From the NCBI GenBank assembly GCA_049512935.1, contig JBEKWR010000002.1:64001-128000 (forward strand): 64,000 nt of DNA, read 5' to 3'. A program made the position numbers and the translations under genes. Positions 1 to 9,868 of this stretch are shown here, piece by piece (within the stretch, counting starts at the first letter, position 1; every line of letters starts with the position of its first letter). Below the pieces are notes generated by a model. That model made no database searches. It saw nothing but the letters and a program-made list of their open reading frames with translations, and had not been told where the DNA came from. This stretch comes from Candidatus Bathyarchaeia archaeon. GTDB lineage: Archaea; Thermoproteota; Bathyarchaeia; Bathyarchaeales; Bathycorpusculaceae.

Positions 1-183
1 TGGTACATGCAAGACATAGCAAAATTCCTTCCGCTAACGTATGCTGCTGATGCAATGCGAAAAGTCATGGTGCTAGGCGCAGGAGTCCCCGCCATCTCCA
101 ACGACCTGATTATCATGATCGTGTTCGGTGTAGTCATGATTGCAATCGCTGTTCCGCTGTTCAGAAGAATGATGACCAGGTAA
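1..183 (+). CDS. ABC-2 type transporter permease, 3' fragment (truncated by window edge)
   Basis: Frame 1 is open from base 1: WYMQDIAKFLPLTYAADAMRKVMVLG...LFRRMMTR*. The 'LPLTYA.DA.R' motif plus a final TM helix is typical of ABC-2 permease C-termini. Confidence 0.8.
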   Translation, partial: WYMQDIAKFLPLTYAADAMRKVMVLGAGVPAISNDLIIMIVFGVVMIAIAVPLFRRMMTR

Positions 184-434
184 ACGGAGGCACATGCACG
201 AGTACCCTTTGCTCCAAATGCCCTTTCTTTCAGCTTGCCCCGCTGATAAGACGCAAGAACGCACGCAAGAGGTGCCGCATCGAACCGCAGCGGCAGCTGC
301 GAATCTACGAGTGCAAAGACTTCCCGAAAAAAAGGGCGCTCACTTGGAATCGATAAGCGATAATTTGGCAGGCACATTCGCTTGTAGCTAGGCTTTATAA
401 GCGGCGCGGTAATTTGTGCTCGGGAGATGTCGTT

Positions 435-1391
435 ATGTCTTTAGGCGATGTTCCATCGATTGAGGCTGTCAAGCTTACAAAACAGTTCGGTTCATTCGTA
501 GCAGTTTCAGAATTGAACCTCAAGATAGAAGGCGCGAAATGCGTCGGTTTCCTGGGTCCAAACGGCGCGGGAAAAACAACCACGCTTAAAATGCTCACGG
601 ATTTGATCCGTCCTTCTTCCGGGGAAGCTCTGATAAACGGCATAAACGTTCACACTAACAAGAAGGCGGCGTTGGCGTCTGTCGCTGCGATAATTGAGAC
701 GCCTGAAATTTACCCTTCACTGACGCCCCGCGAAGCGCTGACAATGATTGCTGAATACAGAGGAGTTCCAGCATCAGAAATTAAAAAGAGAATAGAAGAA
801 GCCGTCACCGAAGTCCATATGAACGAATGGATCGATAAGAGAGTAGGCAAGTTCTCCAAAGGAATGAAACAGAGAATTTGCATTGCCTCCGCAATTCTCA
901 GTGACCCATGTATCCTTCTTCTCGATGAGCCCACCAACGGGCTTGATCCTAGAGGCATGAGTGAAGTCAGGGAAATCGTTAAATCGCTTAAGGGCAAGAA
1001 AAGATTGGTTTTCATGAGTTCGCATCTTCTCAGCGAAGTTTCAGAGGTATGCGACGAAGTCGCCATGATTGACCATGGCAAGCTAATCGTGTATGATACA
1101 ATTTCAAATGTGACTTCCAAATTTTCCGGAGGAGCAAACATGGTTGAAGTTGAACTTCTGCGTCCCATTAATCCCCAATTAGTGACACAGAAGATCGCAA
1201 AACTTTCCAATGTGACTTCAGCGGAGCAAACAAATGATACAAACCTGCGGATACGGTTTAGCGGAGGCTTGGATGCGCAAGAAGGGATTCTCTCTGATTT
1301 GGTAAAAATGAATATTGGAATTATAAGTTACAGAGTAGCGGCTTCAGAACTCGAAGATGTGTATCTTAATTTGATTAAGGAGACGGTGTGA
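435..1391 (+). CDS. ABC transporter ATP-binding protein (ABC-2/DrrA type)
   Basis: Walker A GPNGAGKTT, signature FSKGMKQR, Walker B LLLDEP, H-loop SSH. The ATG at 435 is preferred over 414. Confidence 0.92.
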   Translation: MSLGDVPSIEAVKLTKQFGSFVAVSELNLKIEGAKCVGFLGPNGAGKTTTLKMLTDLIRPSSGEALINGINVHTNKKAALASVAAIIETPEIYPSLTPREALTMIAEYRGVPASEIKKRIEEAVTEVHMNEWIDKRVGKFSKGMKQRICIASAILSDPCILLLDEPTNGLDPRGMSEVREIVKSLKGKKRLVFMSSHLLSEVSEVCDEVAMIDHGKLIVYDTISNVTSKFSGGANMVEVELLRPINPQLVTQKIAKLSNVTSAEQTNDTNLRIRFSGGLDAQEGILSDLVKMNIGIISYRVAASELEDVYLNLIKETV

Positions 1392-2275
1392 TAAGTATGA
1401 ACGAGACAGAATCAATCGGTGGCAATAAAGTGCCGAGCAGCATGGCGCAAGTCGGCATATCAATGAAGTACACGTTTCTCGAATACATTAGGTCGCGACG
1501 TTTCCTAATAATGCTGATTATTACTCTTATAATAGCAGCGCTTCTTACCATCATAGTGGCTTGGCGGCGTCCTGCAGGTTTTCTGGTTTCAAACCTCGGG
1601 TTCTATTCCAGTTGGTGGGGTTTGTCAGTAACCTTTGTAATTATTCTGGCTGGAATTTTCTTCGGAGGGGACGCCATTTCAGGTGAGTTTCAGAATAAGA
1701 CGGGTTATTTCGGGATTCCAAACCCTGTTAGACGGTCGTCAATATACATTGGGAAGTGGTTGGCGGCTTTCTTGGCAGCAACTGCAATATTCGTCTTGTA
1801 CATGGTGATTACAATCGCCAATGGAGTTTACTATTCAGCTACAATAGCCGGTTTTGGCACAGGTCTGCCGTATCAATTCGGTTACTCTTTGCTTTTCGCA
1901 TGGATTTATCTCGCGGCTGTCATGGGATTGGCGTTCTTTTTCAGTTCAATGTTTAAGAGTAGCTCCATATCCATTCTTGTAACGGTTATCCTCTTACTGT
2001 TCGGATTCACGCTAATTCAAGAACTGGTCTCAGATCTTGTCGGGATTGAACCATGGTTTATTCTAACCTATGGGGCAGGGATAATAGGCAACATATTGCA
2101 ATCTCCTTATCCCCCCGCCAAAACCGTGACAACTACGCCGTTCGGTCATGGTCGTACATTTACCACCACTACATTCGCCGCCTCGGTTCCCCAAGGACTC
2201 GCAATCATAGGAATATACTTCATCGTCACCACAATCTTGGGACTACTATTATTTGAAAGAAAAGAATTCACTTAA
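1388..2275 (+). CDS. ABC-2 transporter permease
   Basis: About 6 TM helices, 'DAISGEFQNKTG...NPVRRSSIYIGK' motif, overlaps the ATPase stop. Confidence 0.88.
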   Translation: MISMNETESIGGNKVPSSMAQVGISMKYTFLEYIRSRRFLIMLIITLIIAALLTIIVAWRRPAGFLVSNLGFYSSWWGLSVTFVIILAGIFFGGDAISGEFQNKTGYFGIPNPVRRSSIYIGKWLAAFLAATAIFVLYMVITIANGVYYSATIAGFGTGLPYQFGYSLLFAWIYLAAVMGLAFFFSSMFKSSSISILVTVILLLFGFTLIQELVSDLVGIEPWFILTYGAGIIGNILQSPYPPAKTVTTTPFGHGRTFTTTTFAASVPQGLAIIGIYFIVTTILGLLLFERKEFT

Positions 2276-2454
2276 GTGAAAACCCGCTGGGATTTCGTCA
2301 AAATGAATCCCGGCAAACCACTTTTTAATTTTACCTTCGCCTATTTTGCCCTCCCAATTTCAGAAGTGCCAAGTTTATTGCAATTGCTTAGGCATCGTTG
2401 AAGTCGTGGTTGATAGTAAAATTTAACTACTAAAACATACTAAGGCACGGTCTA

Positions 2455-3624
2455 ATGAGAAGACTTCCGCTTCAGCTATTCAGTTCGGTATGCACGAACC
2501 CTGCGCTCATGATGAGCTTCAGCAGAGGAGCCTATCGTGAATTTGTCAAGTCGAAACTGGACTACGGGAACGAAGACGGAAGCAGTTCCTCACTTTGGCT
2601 GCTGAGCCTACGAATCACGCACCGCTGCAACCACAGATGCGCCATATGCGCGCAGTGGGGGCAAAGCGGGTACAACGCAATGGATGATACGCCGAAAGTT
2701 GCGGGAGAAGTTCCAGTTGAAGTTTACAAGAAAGTCATAGATGAAGTGGCGCCCAAGAAGGTTCACGTTTACATAACGGGCGGAGAACCCTTCCTTTACC
2801 AGCCGCTGGTTCCGCTTGTCAACTACATCAAAAGCAAGGGTCTGACGGTTCAAGTCGTGACAAACGGAGTCGGACTGGAACGGAACGCGGAAACCATCGT
2901 TGACAACGGGTGGGACATGATATGCGTCTCTTTTGACGGCCCAAGAGAAATCCATGACAAATGCCGAGGAGTCCCAGGAGCCATGGACACAGCGGTCAAA
3001 GGGTTGGCCGCGATTCAACGGATAAAGAGGGAGAAGAACAAGAGGAAACCCGCCATCTTCACGTTGACGACAATCTCCAGCAACAACCAGTACGCGCTGG
3101 TTGACACGGTGAAGGAAGCCGAGAAAATCCACCCAGGCGGCATAGTGATCTATTATTCTTGGTTCACCCGAGAATGGATTGGACAGGTACACACGAAAAT
3201 AGTTAACGATAAACTGGGGATAACTCCTTTCGCTTGGAAGGGCTACGTGCGCGACACAACAACCTTGGACATAGACGCCATCGTTGAGCAGGTTAAGAAG
3301 ATAAAAAGCCAAAAACACAAAAGTCACGTTCTTTTCGTACCCGACCTGAGAATTGAGGACGTTCGAGCGTACTATGAGGAACCTGAAAACTTCTTCGGCT
3401 ACAAGAAATGCGTTGCACCTTGGTTCCAGCTTGACGTGATGCCGAACGGGGACGTAGTGACATGCAGGGATTTCCCAGACTTCGTCACGGGAAACATCAT
3501 GGAATCACCTATCCTCGACATATACAACAGCGAGAAATACCGCAAGTTCAGGCGCGCCCTAAGAAGCTGCGATAACGGCGTTTTTCCAATTTGCTCCAGA
3601 TGCTGCGGCTTGATGGGGTACTAA
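2455..3624 (+). CDS. Radical SAM protein with SPASM/twitch domain
   Basis: CxxxCxxC (CNHRCAIC), TGGEP, and C-terminal C...GDVVTC...CxxC. Confidence 0.9.
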   Translation: MRRLPLQLFSSVCTNPALMMSFSRGAYREFVKSKLDYGNEDGSSSSLWLLSLRITHRCNHRCAICAQWGQSGYNAMDDTPKVAGEVPVEVYKKVIDEVAPKKVHVYITGGEPFLYQPLVPLVNYIKSKGLTVQVVTNGVGLERNAETIVDNGWDMICVSFDGPREIHDKCRGVPGAMDTAVKGLAAIQRIKREKNKRKPAIFTLTTISSNNQYALVDTVKEAEKIHPGGIVIYYSWFTREWIGQVHTKIVNDKLGITPFAWKGYVRDTTTLDIDAIVEQVKKIKSQKHKSHVLFVPDLRIEDVRAYYEEPENFFGYKKCVAPWFQLDVMPNGDVVTCRDFPDFVTGNIMESPILDIYNSEKYRKFRRALRSCDNGVFPICSRCCGLMGY

Positions 3625-3708
3625 AAAATGCTTTTCCCGTCCACGGTGAAACAAGCGTGGGAACACGAGAAAGCCGTCTTGATTAACCTCTTGAAAAAGG
3701 GTTGAATT

Positions 3709-4446
3709 ATGATTGGGCCCGTGGATGTCGCCATTCTCACAAAGAACAGCGCGGTGAAGCTGAGGGAATGCATCAACTCTGTTTACTTGAACGTGCCCGT
3801 TAAGAACCTCATCGTGGTTGACGGCTTCTCTACCGACGCCACCCCAGCCATAGTGGAGGAGTTCCGACGGCAGCGCGGCAACGTCATCTTCATCCAGCAG
3901 GGGGGGACAAGAGCCAGCGCGAGGCAAACGGCGATTAAACTGGTGAAAGGCGACTGGTTCATGTTTGTAGACAGCGACGTTATCCTTTCAAGAAACTGGT
4001 TTGCCGAAGCAGAAAAACAAGTCAGAGATGACGTGGGCGCAATCTGGGGAATCGAAATCTGGTCGGTTCTGCAGGGAAATGACATACTGCCCCTTTTCGA
4101 GAGGGTTACATTGAAGATTTTCGAGAGGAGAGGCGGAACCCACGACATGTTGATCAGGCGGAAAACGGTTGAGGACATCAAGATACCGTATCAGCTGCAC
4201 ACGTACGAGGACGCGTACATCAAATCGTGGATTGAGAAAAAAGACTTCAAGGTGCTCGGCGTCTACGAGCCTCACTGCATCCACTTCCGTGCGGACCAAG
4301 TGTGGACCGCAAAAAAACACGTTGAACTCGTGGTCACCGACCTAAAATTCGCCGTTCCCCGCCCGACACTTCTGCTGCCCTACCTGTTCTACTCGTCAGT
4401 AGTCACCTATCAAATCGTCATAAGCAAATTCAAGAGAAAAAACTAA
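3709..4446 (+). CDS. Glycosyltransferase family 2
   Basis: VVDGFSTDAT motif, FVDSD (DxD) motif, YED motif. Confidence 0.88.
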   Translation: MIGPVDVAILTKNSAVKLRECINSVYLNVPVKNLIVVDGFSTDATPAIVEEFRRQRGNVIFIQQGGTRASARQTAIKLVKGDWFMFVDSDVILSRNWFAEAEKQVRDDVGAIWGIEIWSVLQGNDILPLFERVTLKIFERRGGTHDMLIRRKTVEDIKIPYQLHTYEDAYIKSWIEKKDFKVLGVYEPHCIHFRADQVWTAKKHVELVVTDLKFAVPRPTLLLPYLFYSSVVTYQIVISKFKRKN

Positions 4447-4528
4447 AAAAACAGAGAAAAATGCAATCCCAGCGGAAATCCCATGGCAAATTTAGACGTT
4501 TGCCTAAATCTTTTAAGGACAATCAGCC

Positions 4529-5077
4529 TCAGCGCAAAGTTAAGGCGCCTTCCAAAATCCTCTTTTCAGGAACAGCCAGCTGCTCAGCCAACCAGGCTTT
4601 GAGAATGGACGAAAATTCTGGAAGACAACCCGTGTAAGTGACGATCTGGTTGTTCTTCAACGCGTTTGCCTGAAAAACTTTCTCGTCTTCTTTAAAGCTG
4701 AACGTCACCGTTTGAGCCCCAAAAGCCAAACTCTGGAAGTCTTCCCACCTTGCACACCGCAAAACAACCGCAGGCCCCTGAATTGCGCTGGCAGCCGCTG
4801 TTTCACCCGTTCGCTCCTTGGCTTCGGCAGGGACAGCAGCTTTGGGAGCGCTTGACAAGATGCTGATTAGGCTTGCCATTTCTTTCTGCAGATTGTTTAT
4901 TTTTTCCTCGATTTTCTCCATTCTGCCGCCTAACTTGCCAGTTTCGCCAATTTTCTCAGTGACGACGGATAATTCTTTGATGAGTTTGTCGAGGTCTTTC
5001 TCGTGCTCTTTGAGAACGTTCACTATGAAATCCAAAGCTTCTAACGTATCATCCCTAGATGGAGAGTCGTTTGCCAT
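4529..5077 (-). CDS. Hypothetical coiled-coil protein
   Basis: Likely start at MANDSPS... (5077) rather than 5380, which would overlap the dedA promoter and gene. Coiled-coil segment EHEKDLDKLIKEL. Confidence 0.65.
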   Translation of the reverse strand: MANDSPSRDDTLEALDFIVNVLKEHEKDLDKLIKELSVVTEKIGETGKLGGRMEKIEEKINNLQKEMASLISILSSAPKAAVPAEAKERTGETAAASAIQGPAVVLRCARWEDFQSLAFGAQTVTFSFKEDEKVFQANALKNNQIVTYTGCLPEFSSILKAWLAEQLAVPEKRILEGALTLR

Positions 5078-5309
5078 GTTGCCAGTCAGGCCTCTTTGAC
5101 GAGTTGTTTGGCGTATGTAACCGCCAAGGTTTCCCTTAAGTTGCCGTCGCTCTCCTAGAAGGAGTGATGTGTGGATAAACTTATGCTTGTTGAACTCAAG
5201 CGGGCATGCGTTTATGAAACTGTATCGTTGTTTTCTGTGCCCTCGGAAAAGCTTTGGGAATAACCCTAAAATATGTTCAAGCCAAGAACTTAACCTAAGC
5301 TGATGGTCA

Positions 5310-6086
5310 TTGGGGCAATCTTCGAGTCTTGGGCAGTTACGTAAGAAAGCGCCGCAGCTAATTGCCATAGCCATCGCCATAATCGTTGTCCTCTACTTCG
5401 TGCTTGACTTTTTGGATGACGTCGTCATCGAGGGCGCCCCAGTGACAAGCGAGCCCATCATCAGCCTCATCCTTTCCATAGTGCATGGTGTGACCTCAAC
5501 CGTGCGGGTTTTCGGGTACCCAGGCATCTTCGCTTTGATGCTGCTTGAAACAAGCTCAGTTCCTATTCCCAGCGAGGTTATTCTTCCTTTCGCGGGCTAC
5601 TTGAGCTTCATGGGGCAGCTTGACTTTTGGATGATTGTGGCAGTGGCGACCTTCGCAGGAATATTTGGGTCTTTAATCGACTACTACATCGGGTACAAAG
5701 GCGTCCAATCCCTCATCAAACATAAAATCTTGGGAAAAGTCATCCTTTCAGGAGCCCAACTGGAAGTCGCGGAGAAGTGGTTTGACAAAAACGGCGGCTT
5801 AATGGTTTTCACCAGCCGCCTCATTCCTGGCTTCCGAACCACCTTTTCGTTCCCAGCTGGGGCAGCGAAAATGCCGCTGAAAAAATTCCTTATCTTCACT
5901 ACTGCAGGATGCTTATTGTGGAACATAATTCTGGTTTATTTAGGCGTGTACCTCGGTCAAAACTGGACGCTGGTTGCTGGAGTATCTCGTTACATACTTG
6001 TGGCGGCTGTAGCGGGAGCGGCAGTTATAGTTGCAATCTACCTGCTTGTTAATAGAAGAAAAAAGGCAGCAGCAAAAACTATGTGA
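5310..6086 (+). CDS. DedA family membrane protein
   Basis: Motifs LETSSVPIPSEVILPFAGY and SRLIPGFRT...PAG. Confidence 0.92.
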   Translation: MGQSSSLGQLRKKAPQLIAIAIAIIVVLYFVLDFLDDVVIEGAPVTSEPIISLILSIVHGVTSTVRVFGYPGIFALMLLETSSVPIPSEVILPFAGYLSFMGQLDFWMIVAVATFAGIFGSLIDYYIGYKGVQSLIKHKILGKVILSGAQLEVAEKWFDKNGGLMVFTSRLIPGFRTTFSFPAGAAKMPLKKFLIFTTAGCLLWNIILVYLGVYLGQNWTLVAGVSRYILVAAVAGAAVIVAIYLLVNRRKKAAAKTM

Positions 6087-6110
6087 ACCCAACCCCGAAG
6101 GCAGTTAGCC

Positions 6111-7136
6111 TCATGTTAGTTTGGTGATTTGTGGTTTCACGTCGCCTTCTAACCCGAGGACTTTTGCTTCCTGAACCTGCAGCATGCAGTCAACGTTTGA
6201 GGCTTCGTTGAACGGCTTGTAATCAATCATGCTCAGGAATGCGGCGTCGATTGACACGGGCGAGTTGGACGCGAAGATGCCGACGTCTTTCATGACTGGT
6301 TCGCCGGGCATTGGCAGGCAGTCGCAGTAGGGCGTGATGTCTTTGGCGAAGCTGACAAATGATACCTTGCCGGCTTTGAAAGTCGATAGCACGCCGTAAG
6401 CGGCTGATGCAAGCGCCCTGAGGAAATCGTCTTGGTGAGTGAAACTTATAGCTTCCATGGGGCAGCCGTGCATGCACATTGGGCAACGCATACAAAGAGG
6501 CGACGTGTTGTGGGCTTTTCCCTCAACGATGTCGGGCAGATGCAACTCGCAAATTTCCTTACATTTGCCGCAGCCGACACATTTGGACTGGTCAATTTCG
6601 AGGCCCACGGTCCTATGCTGACGAAGTTTGCCTACGCCTGGGCAGCAGCCCATGCCGAGGTTTTTTATGGCTCCTCCGAAACCGCTGAGTTCATGACCCT
6701 TATCATGCGAAACAACAATCATGGCGTCGGCTTCCGCAATCATTCCTGACACCTCGATTTCGCTGAGAATTCCCTTTGTTGGGACGACTCGGTAGTTTTC
6801 GCCTTTCAACCCGTCTGCTGGGAAAAACGGCGCCATGCAAAAGCCGTTGGTTAACGCGTTGACTGTGTGGTCGTAGCCGTTGTGGCGGTTGGCATGGTAG
6901 AGCGTGTTGGAGTCGGTTAGAAAGGGTTTTCCGCCTGCCTCTTTAACCCTGCGAACTATCTCATGGACAAAAAACGGTTGGACATAGTATGGGTTCCCAA
7001 GCTCGCCTACATGCAATTTGACAGCGACGAGATCGCCTTTCGACACGCAGTCAAAGGTGCCTGCCTCATCGTAGAGGCGGTTTGCCTCCTCCAGCAGGTT
7101 ACGCGATGGGTCCCATGGAACTAAATGAACGGTCAT
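6111..7136 (-). CDS. DUF362 family Fe-S protein with 4Fe-4S dicluster domain
   Basis: VKLHVGE, SHDKGHELSGFGGAIKNLGMGC, two ferredoxin motifs (CVGCGKCKEIC; CMRCPMCMHGCP), CDC motif. Confidence 0.88.
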   Translation of the reverse strand: MTVHLVPWDPSRNLLEEANRLYDEAGTFDCVSKGDLVAVKLHVGELGNPYYVQPFFVHEIVRRVKEAGGKPFLTDSNTLYHANRHNGYDHTVNALTNGFCMAPFFPADGLKGENYRVVPTKGILSEIEVSGMIAEADAMIVVSHDKGHELSGFGGAIKNLGMGCCPGVGKLRQHRTVGLEIDQSKCVGCGKCKEICELHLPDIVEGKAHNTSPLCMRCPMCMHGCPMEAISFTHQDDFLRALASAAYGVLSTFKAGKVSFVSFAKDITPYCDCLPMPGEPVMKDVGIFASNSPVSIDAAFLSMIDYKPFNEASNVDCMLQVQEAKVLGLEGDVKPQITKLT

Positions 7137-7241
7137 GACTTTTTCACCTGCATTCTATCAGTCTACCAACTTAATATAAATATAATTCCATGGTTATGTG
7201 CTTAACCATTCAGGATAGAAAAAGGCGATCCTTTCAGGTCG

Positions 7242-8153
7242 TTGCGCAACTTGGGAACACTTGAATGCCACGGGTTAACGAAGGTTTACGAGGACCACCG
7301 CAAAGCCTTGGAGAACGTCACTTTCACAGTGGAAACCAGCGGCATCTTCGGGTTAATCGGCAGAAACGGCGCTGGAAAAACCACGCTTATCCGAATCCTC
7401 GCCACCGAGCTTCAACCCACCGCGGGAACCGCAAGCATCAACGGCTTTGACGTTCTAAAGCAGGAGGGTAGGTTGAGGGAGAAAATTGCGATTGTCCCTC
7501 AGGAAGCCAGGGTCATAAGGTGGATGACAGCTAAACAAGCTGTTTTATCGTATCTTCTTTGGCGTGGTTACAGCTACGGGGATGGGAAGAAGCTTGCCGA
7601 CGAGTCGCTTGCGAAGCTTGGGTTGCAAGAATACGCTAACGTTTTGACCAGCAAACTTTCGGGTGGCACAAAAAGAAAAGTTCTGATAGCAATGGTCATG
7701 GCATCAGAAGCAGAAATAATTTTTCTCGATGAACCCACAACGGGTTTGGACCCGATTTCAAGGCGGGAGCTATGGGAGATTCTTCGAACGCTGGGCAAAG
7801 AGCGGTTTATTTTTCTTACAACTCACTACCTTGAAGAGGCAGAGCAACTTGCGGATAAGATCGCGATTCTTAAGGATGGAAAATTGGTTTCACTCGGGAC
7901 TCTTGCAGAGCTCAGAAAAACCGCAAAATACCAGTACAGCATCAAACTGCCTCCTAAAGTTCAGGTTCCCCTGTTGAAAGACGCAGAGGTCACCACGGAC
8001 AAAACAGGGGTCACGCAGATTATGACCAACGAGGATGAAGCGTTCCGTTTAGCCAAGACGTTTGCTGAGCAATCGGTAAAGTTCTCGATTACACCCGTCA
8101 CTTTGGATGACATTTTCTTCTACCTTGTCGGGCAAAAAGCGAGGGATGAATAA
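7242..8153 (+). CDS. ABC transporter ATP-binding protein
   Basis: GRNGAGKTT, LSGG, FLDEPTTGLD, TTHY. Confidence 0.92.
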   Translation: MRNLGTLECHGLTKVYEDHRKALENVTFTVETSGIFGLIGRNGAGKTTLIRILATELQPTAGTASINGFDVLKQEGRLREKIAIVPQEARVIRWMTAKQAVLSYLLWRGYSYGDGKKLADESLAKLGLQEYANVLTSKLSGGTKRKVLIAMVMASEAEIIFLDEPTTGLDPISRRELWEILRTLGKERFIFLTTHYLEEAEQLADKIAILKDGKLVSLGTLAELRKTAKYQYSIKLPPKVQVPLLKDAEVTTDKTGVTQIMTNEDEAFRLAKTFAEQSVKFSITPVTLDDIFFYLVGQKARDE

Positions 8154-8213
8154 CTGAAACGCAGTAAACTCAGCCAAATTCTAGCTGGAATTCTGGTAAA
8201 TGCCATTTACGAA

Positions 8214-8897
8214 ATGGTAAACTACCCTATCGTTTTGTTAAGTGCTGTTATCGCCCCGTTTTCGATTCTTATTGTAATTACCTTCGTAAGCCATGGCGCT
8301 CTTTTCGGAACTGCGATTGAAGGCGGGTTGATAATGACTTTCTTTTCAGCGGGAATTTCACTTCAATCGGACCTTTCCCACTTAAAAAACGACTTCAAGC
8401 TTCAAGACATGATTGTGAGTTCGCCGACAAGCCCAGCCTTATACATGACGGGGATGACTCTTGCGGAGATAGTTTACTCAATCCCTTCTTTAGCTATCCT
8501 TCTTGTGCTTGCAGGAATCTACTTGCAGCATTCGCTTCTTCAAATAGCAATCTTATCCCTTGCGTTATTGCTGATGTTTGCTATTTCAGTGGCTTTAGGC
8601 TTTATGCTGTCCACGTTCTCAAATGATGTGGTTCAGAGCTACGCGTTCTCCAGGTTGCTTTCGCTCCTGTTTACCACGGTGCCGCCAGTTTACTATCCGA
8701 TAACCTATGTTCCTGCGCTGTACAGATACATCGCTTACCTGTCGCCGACAACGTATGTGGCGGAAATCATACAGTCAGCAACCGGCTATCTTACAATTCC
8801 AGTCAGCCTGGTAATTTTGGATTGGGTAGTTCTTTCTGTGGTGTGCGCCGTAATATTGTTCATCGCTTACAAGAAGACAAGATGGAAGGACGTTTAG
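8214..8897 (+). CDS. ABC-2 transporter permease (frame is open from a CTG at 8154)
   Basis: Multi-TM protein with PPVYYP...YLSPTTY motif, directly downstream of the ATPase. Confidence 0.85.
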   Translation: MVNYPIVLLSAVIAPFSILIVITFVSHGALFGTAIEGGLIMTFFSAGISLQSDLSHLKNDFKLQDMIVSSPTSPALYMTGMTLAEIVYSIPSLAILLVLAGIYLQHSLLQIAILSLALLLMFAISVALGFMLSTFSNDVVQSYAFSRLLSLLFTTVPPVYYPITYVPALYRYIAYLSPTTYVAEIIQSATGYLTIPVSLVILDWVVLSVVCAVILFIAYKKTRWKDV

Positions 8898-8901
8898 GGG
8901 C

Positions 8902-9153
8902 TCAGTATTTTTTTCCTACGCTCAGCTTCTTCAGAGCTTCGGCGGCGTCGGCTTCGCTGTCCGCCAGGATGTTGATCCACAGTTCGAATTCGGCTTTGGA
9001 GATTTCCTTCTGGATGACGCCTTTTTGGTCGCCTGAAAAAAACCTTGACGGCTGGGCGGCGAAGAGTTTGACGTAGAAGATTCTGTCGGCGATTGTGATT
9101 TTTGAGCTGCAGCCTGTTTTTTCGCCTGCGGCGTAGTCGACTTCGTTGCCCAT
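8902..9153 (-). CDS. Small hypothetical protein
   Basis: Probable ATG at 9153 (MGNEVDY...), 83 aa, globular-looking composition. Confidence 0.6.
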   Translation of the reverse strand: MGNEVDYAAGEKTGCSSKITIADRIFYVKLFAAQPSRFFSGDQKGVIQKEISKAEFELWINILADSEADAAEALKKLSVGKKY

Positions 9154-9270
9154 GTTTGACCCGCATTTGAGAAGCGCTGGTTTGTTACTTAAGTTTTCTC
9201 TTCCGCAAACCCGATTTTCCCTGAACGCTTCAGCCCGCAGCCAACCCAACTTGAATCCTGCAAGCTGGAC

Positions 9271-9330
9271 GCGAAGGGTCGAAAAGGGTCACTTTGGGTC
9301 GGGATGGGTCATTTAGGGTCGAAAAGGGTC
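9271..9330. repeat. Six tandem 10-bp units each ending in GGGTC
   Basis: gcgaaGGGTC gaaaaGGGTC acttTGGGTC gggaTGGGTC atttaGGGTC gaaaaGGGTC, read directly from the sequence. Confidence 0.9.
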
Positions 9331-9417
9331 GTGACTTACAAACGCTTCAAGCCCCAACCGTGGCAAGCAACCCAAAACGCAAACAACAAAAAACCAACCC
9401 ACCCCCAACGACTCCGC

Positions 9418-9456
9418 CTATAGATTCTATATAGATTATCAAGTTAATCTCTATAG
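9418..9456. promoter_or_regulatory. Candidate Pho-box-like operator (CTATAG-att-CTATATAG ... CTATAG)
   Basis: Same palindromic CTATATAG core as upstream of the AbrB-phoU gene and pstS. Confidence 0.5.
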
Positions 9457-9506
9457 GAGCGACCATGCATTTACTCTTTTGAACATGCGGAAGAGGTGAA
9501 AAAAGA

Positions 9507-9680
9507 ATGCTCTCAAGAGACTGCGACGGCTGCACCATGCTCAAAGAATGCAGCGTACGCTACAAAAAAGCCCTCAAAGGCGACAAGGTTTACTGCCCAG
9601 ACGGCACGGCTCACCTGATCGACAGGCACAGCATAAAGCAAGGAAACGACGTGATCTGCTTCTTTGAAGCGTTTCAATAG
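9507..9680 (+). CDS. Small Cys-rich (metal-binding) protein, 57 aa, missed by the ORF track
   Basis: MLSRDCDGCTMLKECSVRYKKALKGDKVYCPDGTAHLID...; GAGGTGA SD upstream of the ATG. Confidence 0.65.
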   Translation: MLSRDCDGCTMLKECSVRYKKALKGDKVYCPDGTAHLIDRHSIKQGNDVICFFEAFQ

Positions 9681-9787
9681 CGCAAAAAACCCAAAAACGG
9701 CTTAGCTGACGGGCGAAACCTTGACTAAAGTATTTATTTTAGGTATTTCGGCTTTTTTGGTTCTTAAACTTGGTAACACCTAACTTT

Positions 9788-9828
9788 TTATATAGAGGTA
9801 CTCCATAAAATATATAGTCTATATAGAG
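9788..9828. promoter_or_regulatory. Candidate Pho-box-like operator upstream of AbrB-phoU
   Basis: TTATATAGAG ... ATATATAGTCTATATAGAG. Confidence 0.55.
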
Positions 9829-9868
9829 TTACCTAATATAATTAGGCATCAATAGAAAACATAACTGT

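Noticed and set aside
5078-5380. N-terminal 101 aa of the 283-aa ORF at 4529-5380
   Set aside because: It overlaps the divergent dedA gene and promoter region and looks non-coding. The start at 5077 is more plausible.
9271-9330. CRISPR array
   Set aside because: Units are only 10 bp with 5-bp variable parts, far below CRISPR repeat/spacer sizes. There are no cas genes, and I saw no CRISPR array elsewhere in the window.
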